A stretch of 32,000 bases of DNA from Candidatus Saccharimonadota bacterium (GTDB lineage Bacteria > Pseudomonadota > Gammaproteobacteria > Enterobacterales > Enterobacteriaceae). The notes beneath the pieces are model-generated. The model searched no databases. It had not been told where the DNA came from and worked only from the letters and a program-made list of their open reading frames with translations. The position numbers and the translations under genes were made by a program. This document shows, piece after piece, positions 9,623 through 16,873 of the stretch (the first letter of the stretch is position 1; every line of letters starts with the position of its first letter). Location: the NCBI RefSeq assembly GCF_004296535.1, contig NZ_AP018159.1, positions 30,001-62,000 on the forward strand, written 5' to 3'.

Positions 9623-10955
9623 ATATTTTTTTATCAATTATTATATCTAATAAAATTAATGATAATTTTTCATAATTTTCTATATTTATTAATGAAAATA
9701 ATTTTTTTAGATTATCATTTTTAATGATAAAATTATTATCATTTAAATTATTACATAAATATTTTTTAATTATATACTTATATATATTATTAATTTTATT
9801 TTCTATATTATTATTAATAATGTTATCTAATTTAAAATTAATTAATTTTAAATTGTCTTTTTTTAATTCATTTAATATTTTAATATCATTTTTATAATAT
9901 ATTAATGATAAAGATTTTCCAAAATTATTAGCTCTTCCAGTTCTTCCTATTCTATGTATATATATATCTTTATTATTTGGAAAATCAAAATTTATTATCC
10001 AATCTACATTTTTAATATCTAATCCTCTTGAGATAATATCAGTTGCTATTAATATACAATTATTATATTTTTGTAATATAAATATTTTAATTATTTTTTC
10101 TCTTTTAAATTGACTAACATCACTACTTATATAATAACAATTATAAAATTGTTTTAAAAAATTATATAAATTTATTGTATCTATTTTTTTATTAACAAAA
10201 ACTATTATAGTTTTATAATTTATATTATTTATAAAATTTACTAATATGTCTTTTTTATTTTTTAAAGAGTTTATTATATAATAATATTGAGTTATAGATA
10301 AATTATTTTTATCATTAATAATTATTTCTTTAAATTTATTTAAATTAACAAACGATTTCACTTTTAATTTAATTTCATTTTTTAATGTTGCTGAAAATAA
10401 TAATGTTTGTCTATTTTTAGGAATATATGAATTAATTTTTTTAATATCTTCTATAAATCCCATTTTAAACATTTCATCAAATTCGTCTATTACTAAAATA
10501 GAAACTTTTGATAAATCAATATTTTTTTTATTTATATGGTCTATTAATCTTCCTGGAGTAGAAATTATAATATGTTGTATTTTTTTTAAGTCATTTTTTT
10601 GCATTATAAAATTTTTACCACCATATATAGATAAAGAATTTATCCATTTTAAATATTTAGAAAAAGTATCTATAACATGTTTTGTTTGTATAACTATTTC
10701 TCTTGTAGGTGATAATATTAAAACTTGTATATAATTAATATTTTTATTTATTTTATCTATTATAGGAATTACAAATGCAGCTGTTTTTCCACTACCAGTA
10801 TTAGCTATACTTAAAATATCAAAATTATCTAATATATATGGTATACATAATTTTTGTATTAAAAATGGTTTTTTATAATTTATTTTATTAAAAATTTTAC
10901 TAAAATCATTTTTTAATCCTAAATCTAAAAAATTATCAATATTTTTCATTATCAA
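9600..10955 (-). CDS. deaD: DEAD-box ATP-dependent RNA helicase (DeaD/CsdA by synteny), C-terminally short
   Basis: Helicase motifs are present: Q-motif region FLIQKLCIPYIL, motif I ANTGSGKTAAF, Ia PTREI, II VIDEFDEM (DEFD, not DEAD), III SAT, VI HRIGRTGRA. It lies directly downstream of pnp as in E. coli (nlpI lost). The track start at 10955 is TTG; the ATG at 10949 is the more likely start. Confidence 0.9.
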   Translation of the reverse strand: MIMKNIDNFLDLGLKNDFSKIFNKINYKKPFLIQKLCIPYILDNFDILSIANTGSGKTAAFVIPIIDKINKNINYIQVLILSPTREIVIQTKHVIDTFSKYLKWINSLSIYGGKNFIMQKNDLKKIQHIIISTPGRLIDHINKKNIDLSKVSILVIDEFDEMFKMGFIEDIKKINSYIPKNRQTLLFSATLKNEIKLKVKSFVNLNKFKEIIINDKNNLSITQYYYIINSLKNKKDILVNFINNINYKTIIVFVNKKIDTINLYNFLKQFYNCYYISSDVSQFKREKIIKIFILQKYNNCILIATDIISRGLDIKNVDWIINFDFPNNKDIYIHRIGRTGRANNFGKSLSLIYYKNDIKILNELKKDNLKLINFKLDNIINNNIENKINNIYKYIIKKYLCNNLNDNNFIIKNDNLKKLFSLINIENYEKLSLILLDIIIDKKIFTYENVS

Positions 10956-10963
10956 ATTTTATA

Positions 10964-13048
10964 TTATATTTTTTTATTTAAATTTAAATAAATTTTACCA
11001 GTTTTATAATCTACATTTTCTACTTTAACAAAGATTTTTTGTCCAATAAAAAATTTATTACTATAATTTATATTATTATAAACTTTATTTAAATAAGTTT
11101 TTTTTATAATTCCTTTTTTATTATTCTTAATAGATACTAATATTCCAATTGAAATTATATTTAATATTATTCCATGATAAATATTATTTTTTATAATATC
11201 AGATACAATATCTTTTATATATATAATAGCATTATTTATATCATTTAAATTATTAGAACTTATTTTTATAGTTCCATTATCATTTATATCTATATTAGTA
11301 TTAGTTTTATTAATTATATCTTTTATAACATTTCCATTTTTACCTATAATATTAGATATTTTATTTTGATCAATTTTTATAATTTTAATTTTAGGAACTA
11401 AATCAGATAAATTATTTTTATAAATAGGAATTATAGATTTTATATGACTTATAATTTTTTTTATAGCTTTATTAGCATCTATAAGCAATAAATTTATTAT
11501 TGATATATTTATAATATTATTAGTTTTTATATCCATTTGAATTGCTGTTATTTCATTACCATTACCAGATACTTTAAAATCAATATCACCATAAGAATCT
11601 TCTATACCTGATATATCAGTTAAAATAATATTTTCTTCTTTATTTATTATAATTCCCATGGCAATTCCAGCTATGATAGATTTGATAGGAACTCCAGCAT
11701 CCATTAAAGCTAATGACGCTCCACATACTGACGCCATAGACGAAGATCCATTTGACTCTATTATTTCTGACACAACTCTTATTGTATATGGAAAATCAAT
11801 TTCATTTGGAATTATAGGTAATATACTTTTTTTAGCAAGTTTACCATGTCCTATTTCTCTTCTTCTTGGAAAAGTATGAAATCCTGTTTCTCCAACACAA
11901 TAAGAAGGAAAATTATAATGAAAAATAAATTTATCATAATAATTTTTATTATCATATACTGTTTCAATTATTTGAGAATCTTTTTCATTTCCTAAAGTAA
12001 CAGAAACTAACGCTTGAGTTTCACCTCTAGTAAATAATGAAGATCCATGTACTGATGGTAATATAGATATATTAGAATTAATATTTCTTATGTCATCAAA
12101 ATTCCTTTCATCAATTCTTTTTTTAAATTTTAATATTATGCTTCTAAAAATATCTTTTTTTAAATTTTCAAAATTAAATAATATTACATTTATATTTAAT
12201 GCAGATAATTTATTAATATAATATATAACTCTACTTTTTATTTTATTCATATTTTCATCAAAAATATTTTTATCTTTTATATTTTTATATAAATAAAATA
12301 ATTCTTTATAAAATATAAATTTCATAATTTGATAAACAGGATTAAAATTAATATTTATATATATATAATCTGTATTAAAAAATATTTTTTTTAAATTATT
12401 TAAAAAAATATTTTTATATTCTAATCCATAATTAATTGAATTTAATATTATATCTTTATTTAAAAGTTTAGATGATGATTCAATCATAATTATAGAATCC
12501 ATAGTTGATGAAAATATAATATCTAATTCACTATTTTGTAAATCTAAATATGATGGATTAAATATAAAATTATTGTTTATATAACCTATTCTACAAGCAA
12601 ATATAGGACCATTAAATGATTCATTCAATATCTTTTTAATTGCAATAGAAACTCCAATAATTGATATTACATCAGGCATTATATTATTGTCATGTGATAA
12701 TAAAGTAACAGTTACATCAGTTTCATATAAATAATCCTTATTAAATAAAGATCTAATAGATCTATCTATAAGTCTAGATATTATAATTTCATTTTCTGTT
12801 TGTCTAATTTCTCTTTTTAAAAATCCTCCAGGAAATTTACCAGAAGAATATAATTTTTCATAATAATTGATTGTTAATGGAAAAAAATAATCATTATATA
12901 CTTTATTACCTATTACAACAGTTATTAATATTACTGTATTATTTATTTTTAATAATATAGAAGAATTAGATTTTTTAGCAATTACATCACTTTGAATAAT
13001 TAATATATTATTTCCATAATTAATTTTAACACTTTGTGAATTAAACAA
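10964..13048 (-). CDS. pnp: Polynucleotide phosphorylase
   Basis: 694-aa ORF with two RNase PH domains plus KH and S1 regions (FPLTINYYEKLYSSGKFPGGFLKREIRQTENEIIISRLIDRSIR, GSSSMASVCGASLALMDAGVPIK). The start codon at 13048-13046 is TTG, as in E. coli pnp. Confidence 0.97.
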   Translation of the reverse strand: MFNSQSVKINYGNNILIIQSDVIAKKSNSSILLKINNTVILITVVIGNKVYNDYFFPLTINYYEKLYSSGKFPGGFLKREIRQTENEIIISRLIDRSIRSLFNKDYLYETDVTVTLLSHDNNIMPDVISIIGVSIAIKKILNESFNGPIFACRIGYINNNFIFNPSYLDLQNSELDIIFSSTMDSIIMIESSSKLLNKDIILNSINYGLEYKNIFLNNLKKIFFNTDYIYININFNPVYQIMKFIFYKELFYLYKNIKDKNIFDENMNKIKSRVIYYINKLSALNINVILFNFENLKKDIFRSIILKFKKRIDERNFDDIRNINSNISILPSVHGSSLFTRGETQALVSVTLGNEKDSQIIETVYDNKNYYDKFIFHYNFPSYCVGETGFHTFPRRREIGHGKLAKKSILPIIPNEIDFPYTIRVVSEIIESNGSSSMASVCGASLALMDAGVPIKSIIAGIAMGIIINKEENIILTDISGIEDSYGDIDFKVSGNGNEITAIQMDIKTNNIINISIINLLLIDANKAIKKIISHIKSIIPIYKNNLSDLVPKIKIIKIDQNKISNIIGKNGNVIKDIINKTNTNIDINDNGTIKISSNNLNDINNAIIYIKDIVSDIIKNNIYHGIILNIISIGILVSIKNNKKGIIKKTYLNKVYNNINYSNKFFIGQKIFVKVENVDYKTGKIYLNLNKKI

Positions 13049-13073
13049 ATCTTATTTACCAATTTTAATTAAA

Positions 13074-13337
13074 CTATTTTTTTAAATCTAAAAAAGATAA
13101 AATATTATTATATCTTATTAAACTATTTTTTTTTAAATATTTGAGTAATTTCCTTCTTTTAGATATTTTAAATATTAATCCTCTATTACTATGAAAATCT
13201 TTTTTATTTTTAATACAATGTAAATGTATCTTTTTAATTTTATTTGTTAAATTTATTAATTGTGTTTCAACTAGTCCACAATTTTTATTATTTATAATTT
13301 TCAAGTTATCTAAATTAATATATTTTTTTTTTAACAT
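13074..13337 (-). CDS. rpsO: 30S ribosomal protein S15
   Basis: 87-aa ORF. KKDFHSNRGLIFKISKRRKLLKYLKKNSLIRYNNIL aligns with E. coli S15 ([28 protein letters not shown]). It lies upstream of pnp. Confidence 0.95.
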   Translation of the reverse strand: MLKKKYINLDNLKIINNKNCGLVETQLINLTNKIKKIHLHCIKNKKDFHSNRGLIFKISKRRKLLKYLKKNSLIRYNNILSFLDLKK

Positions 13338-13369
13338 AAACTTTTTAATAAAATATTAAAAATTTAATT

Positions 13370-13726
13370 TTAATAATTTTTATATTTTAAACTATTTATT
13401 AAATTAATTATTTTAACAGATTCATAAAATTTATAATCATATAAAAAAACTAATTTAGGAATAAATTTAATATTTAATATTTTAAATAATTTTTTTCTAA
13501 TAAAATTAGATGAATTATTTAATATATTTATAATATATTCTATATTAATATTACTTAATAATACAAAGAATATTTTTATTTCTAAATTATTAATATTTAA
13601 TTTTGTTCTGATTATATTAATTTTTTTAAATCTACTATCATTAATATATTTTTCAATTATTAATATAATTTTTCTTTTTATTTTATTTTCTAATTTATTT
13701 ATTCTTATATTATAATTATTATACAT
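13370..13726 (-). CDS. rbfA: Ribosome-binding factor A
   Basis: 118-aa ORF between infB and rpsO. The segment SNFIRKKLFKILNIKFIPKLVFLYDYKFYESVKIINLI matches the RbfA pattern [28 protein letters not shown]. Confidence 0.85.
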   Translation of the reverse strand: MYNNYNIRINKLENKIKRKIILIIEKYINDSRFKKINIIRTKLNINNLEIKIFFVLLSNINIEYIINILNNSSNFIRKKLFKILNIKFIPKLVFLYDYKFYESVKIINLINSLKYKNY

Positions 13727-13748
13727 TTTTTATTATTTTATTACTTTA

Positions 13749-15245
13749 TTAATTTGATTCTATAATATCTTTTTTATTAATATTAATTTTTTTTTTTATA
13801 CAAATACCGCATTCTGTATTTTTTAATACTTCTATTACATTCTTTTTATATATTCTTATAGAATTTATAATAATTTTATCATATAAAATAACATTTTTTC
13901 TTTTTATTCTTACTAAACTATTAACTTTTATTTTACCATCTAAAATTTTACATCCTAATATTGTATTATTTTTAGATATTAAAAATACATCAACAACTTC
14001 TGCTAAACCTTTAGAATAATTTATTTTTGAAATTTGAATCAAAATATTATTTACTTCATTATTTATATAATCTAATAAATCATAAATTATAAAATAATTC
14101 TTGAAAAAAATATTTTTTTTTTTTATTACATTTAATTCTTTATTATTTAAATTAATATTAAATCCTAATATTTTAAATTTAGAATATAAAGATAACATAA
14201 TATCATTTTTATTTATATTTCCTATACTTATATTAATAGTATTTATTATATTTTTATAATTATTTATTAATGAATCAGTAAATAATTTTATAGCCTTATA
14301 AGACCCATAATTATTACATTTTATTATATAATTTAATTTAATTAAATTATTTTTTTTAAAATCTAAATTATCATTATTTAATAATGTATTATTTTTATTA
14401 TCATTAATATAAATTGAATTATTTTTATTATAATTTAATATTTTTTTTTTTGCTTCTTTAATATCTTTAATATAAATTAAGTTGTTATCATACACATTTG
14501 AAATATTAGAAAATCCATATAAATAATATGGTAATGAAGGAAAAGTTTTATCTGTTTTAATAAAATATTCATTTTTTATATATTTTATTTTAGAATAATT
14601 ATTATCAAATAATAATATATCACCAGTTTTTATATATCCATTTTTAGTTATTACATATAATACGGTACCATTTTTATTATTAAATAATTCAATTATATAT
14701 GCATCTAATTTTTTATCATTAAAAGTTAATTTATTTATTATATTATTTTTATATTTTATTATTAAATTTAAAAAATCTTTTATACCATAATTATTTTTAA
14801 TAGATATATATACAAAATCATACATTCCTCCAATATTTTTATCAATTATATTATATTTTGTAAGATCATTTTTTATTTTATTTATATTATTAAATCCTAT
14901 ATCTACTTTTGTAATAACAATTATTGTTGGTATATTAAAATTTTTAATATAATTTATAGATTCTATTGTTTGTTTTTTTATTCCTTCATTAGAAGAAATT
15001 ACTAAAATAATAATGTCAGTAATATTTATACTTTTTTCTCTCATTTCAATAAAATAATTATGTCCAGGAGTATCAATAAAGACAAAAGACTCACCATTAA
15101 TATTTATTTTATATGCTAATATATTTTGAGTTATATTACCTTTTTCATTTTTTATTATATTTGTTTTATTCAAATAATCAATTATTGAAGTCTTACCGTG
15201 ATCTATATGACCTATAATAGTTATTATAGGAGGTCTTAATTTCAT
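13749..15245 (-). CDS. infB: Translation initiation factor IF-2, N-terminally minimised (starts at the G domain)
   Basis: 498-aa ORF starting MKLRPPIITIIGHIDHGKTSIIDYL (G1), followed by DTPGH (G3) and TKVD in place of NKxD (G4, 14901-14912). The C-terminal region is ECGICIKK...DIIE. Only 12 nt separate it from the nusA stop, so no N-terminal domains can be encoded. Confidence 0.95.
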   Translation of the reverse strand: MKLRPPIITIIGHIDHGKTSIIDYLNKTNIIKNEKGNITQNILAYKININGESFVFIDTPGHNYFIEMREKSINITDIIILVISSNEGIKKQTIESINYIKNFNIPTIIVITKVDIGFNNINKIKNDLTKYNIIDKNIGGMYDFVYISIKNNYGIKDFLNLIIKYKNNIINKLTFNDKKLDAYIIELFNNKNGTVLYVITKNGYIKTGDILLFDNNYSKIKYIKNEYFIKTDKTFPSLPYYLYGFSNISNVYDNNLIYIKDIKEAKKKILNYNKNNSIYINDNKNNTLLNNDNLDFKKNNLIKLNYIIKCNNYGSYKAIKLFTDSLINNYKNIINTINISIGNINKNDIMLSLYSKFKILGFNINLNNKELNVIKKKNIFFKNYFIIYDLLDYINNEVNNILIQISKINYSKGLAEVVDVFLISKNNTILGCKILDGKIKVNSLVRIKRKNVILYDKIIINSIRIYKKNVIEVLKNTECGICIKKKININKKDIIESN

Positions 15246-15257
15246 AAAATTATTTTT

Positions 15258-16283
15258 TTATAATGTATTAATATTTATATTTTTATTAAATAATTTGTAT
15301 ATTAATTTTAGATTAATATTTTTTTTTTCTAAAATTTTTGATAAATTTTTCTTTTTTATATATATAAAAATATTATTTTCGTAAATCTTAAATCTTACAA
15401 TTTTTATAGGGAAAAAAACGTTTTTTATAAATTTTTTAATATTATAACTCCATAAAATAATATCTATTAATTCTCCATTTAATTCATTTGATATTTTATT
15501 AATTTTATTCTCTATTTTTTTATATATATTATAAGTTTTTATTTCATTATATTTAGAAACAATAACTATTTTACTTTTTATTCCAGGATTACGATATATA
15601 TATTTTATATTGAATATATTATTTTTGAATTCATATATATTATCTTTAATTAATTTAGATAACATATTCGTATGTGATCTACTTGCTAAAAAAATTAAAT
15701 CATTATTATATTTTTTTATATTAATATTATAAATTATTATTTTTATTTTTTTATCTATAAAATAATTATCATTAAATAACATATGATTATAATATAATAT
15801 TGCATCAAATTCATATCCTACATCTAAAATTATTTTTTTTTTATATATTTTTTTAATTTTACCAATTAAAATATTTCCTATATTTTTTTTAAAATTATTT
15901 AATAAATTTTTTCTTTCTATTTCTTTTATTTTGTTTATTATATTTTGTTTAGTTAATTCACTTATTACTCTGTTATTTAAATAAGATAATTCTAATTTTT
16001 CATATAAATAATCATTTAATTTCAAATTTTTATTTATTAAAAAACTATTTTTTATAGAAATTTCTTTTTTAAAATCATTTACGATATTAACTATTTTAAA
16101 TATTTTAAATATAGAAAAATCTCCAGAATTTTTATCAAAAATAACTTTTATATTAAAATCTTTTTCTTTTTTTTTTATAGATTCTTCTATAGAAATTTCT
16201 AATATATTAAATATTGTATTTTTATCAATAGACTTTTCATTTGATAATGATTCTATAAAAGATAATATTTTTTTATTAATCAT
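15258..16283 (-). CDS. nusA: Transcription termination/antitermination factor NusA (lacks C-terminal acidic repeats)
   Basis: 341-aa ORF. MINKKILSFIESLSNEKSIDKNTIFNILEISIEESIKKK aligns with the E. coli NusA N-terminus. It sits between metY and infB. The length fits NTD+S1+KH1+KH2 only. Confidence 0.9.
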   Translation of the reverse strand: MINKKILSFIESLSNEKSIDKNTIFNILEISIEESIKKKEKDFNIKVIFDKNSGDFSIFKIFKIVNIVNDFKKEISIKNSFLINKNLKLNDYLYEKLELSYLNNRVISELTKQNIINKIKEIERKNLLNNFKKNIGNILIGKIKKIYKKKIILDVGYEFDAILYYNHMLFNDNYFIDKKIKIIIYNINIKKYNNDLIFLASRSHTNMLSKLIKDNIYEFKNNIFNIKYIYRNPGIKSKIVIVSKYNEIKTYNIYKKIENKINKISNELNGELIDIILWSYNIKKFIKNVFFPIKIVRFKIYENNIFIYIKKKNLSKILEKKNINLKLIYKLFNKNININTL

Positions 16284-16346
16284 TATTATTATAAATATTT
16301 TTAGTAATTTTATTTATTTTGCTTTTTTTAATATAAATAAATAAAA

Positions 16347-16386
16347 AATCCTTAATAATAAAAAAAGATTAATATTATTAAGGATT
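16347..16386 (-). terminator. 14-bp perfect inverted repeat (terminator-like or processing hairpin) between tRNA-fMet and nusA
   Basis: AATCCTTAATAATA (16347-16360) pairs perfectly with TATTATTAAGGATT (16373-16386) across a 12-nt loop. In the minus-strand transcript the stem is followed by UUUUAUUUAUUU. The stem has only 2 G:C pairs, and statistical support is borderline in this A+T-rich background. Confidence 0.4.
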
Positions 16387-16396
16387 ATTTTATTCA

Positions 16397-16469
16397 TTGC
16401 GGGAGTTGGATTCGAACCAACGTCCTTCGGGTTATGAGCCCGACGAGCTTCCATCTGCTCTATCCCGCT
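16397..16469 (-). tRNA. metY: Initiator tRNA-fMet (anticodon CAU)
   Basis: Reverse complement parses as AGCGGGA TA GAGC AGATGGAA GCTC G TCGGG CTCATAA CCCGA AGGAC GTTGG TTCGAAT CCAAC TCCCGCA A. It has three consecutive G:C pairs at the base of the anticodon stem and a 1:72 mismatch (A:A), both initiator hallmarks. Its position upstream of nusA matches E. coli metY. No encoded CCA. Confidence 0.9.
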
Positions 16470-16529
16470 AAAAATTTAATAATTAAAGAATATATTAATA
16501 AAAAGAAAAAGTCAATATTTAAAAAAATA

Positions 16530-16613
16530 TACCGAGAATGGGACTTGAACCCATAAACCATAAAGGTACTATCTTCTTAAAATAGTGTGTTTACCAATTT
16601 TCACCATCTCGGT
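16530..16613 (-). tRNA. leuU: tRNA-Leu, class II long-arm, anticodon AAG (leuU ortholog by position)
   Basis: Reverse complement parses as ACCGAGA TG GTG AAAATTGGTAA ACAC A CTATT TTAAGAA GATAG TACCTTTATGGTTT ATGGG TTCAAGT CCCAT TCTCGGT A. It is collinear with E. coli leuU (tRNA-Leu GAG, loop TTGAGGT) but the loop here is TT-AAG-AA. It lies immediately downstream of secG as in E. coli. No encoded CCA. tRNA identity is firm; the A34 call depends on my manual fold. Confidence 0.85.
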
Positions 16614-16825
16614 TAATAAAATATAGATACTATTAAAATTATTAAAAAATAAAAAATTATTATGAATAATATTATTTTATCTAAATTACTTAATAGTTTA
16701 TTTCTATTTTTTAATATATATTTATCATTATTTAATTCATTTTTTTTATTAATTTTTTGAAAAAATATTATTAATATTAATAATATTGACAATATTTTTA
16801 CTAAATTATTAAATAACAAATTCAT
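16613..16825 (-). CDS. secG: Probable protein-export membrane protein SecG (short, highly diverged)
   Basis: 70-aa ORF with two hydrophobic segments. The first ends IIFFQKINK (compare LIMLQQGKG in E. coli SecG). It occupies the conserved position just upstream of leuU and downstream of ftsH. Sequence similarity is weak, so the call rests mainly on synteny and topology. Confidence 0.6.
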   Translation of the reverse strand: MNLLFNNLVKILSILLILIIFFQKINKKNELNNDKYILKNRNKLLSNLDKIILFIIIFYFLIILIVSIFY

Positions 16826-16873
16826 AAAATCATTTTATTTGATAGGTTATAATATTATATTTTTTTTTAATTT

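Noticed and set aside
10941-10955. Identical MIMKN N-termini predicted for deaD (10955) and greA (19825), hinting at a shared duplicated 5' segment
   Set aside because: The deaD version starts at a TTG that is probably an over-extension (the ATG at 10949 is likelier). The nucleotide contexts differ, and MKN... is simply common in this codon-biased genome.
11658-11879. 73-aa plus-strand ORF antisense to pnp
   Set aside because: It is a shadow ORF opposite the most conserved (G/C-richest) part of PNPase. It has no Shine-Dalgarno motif and no recognisable motif.
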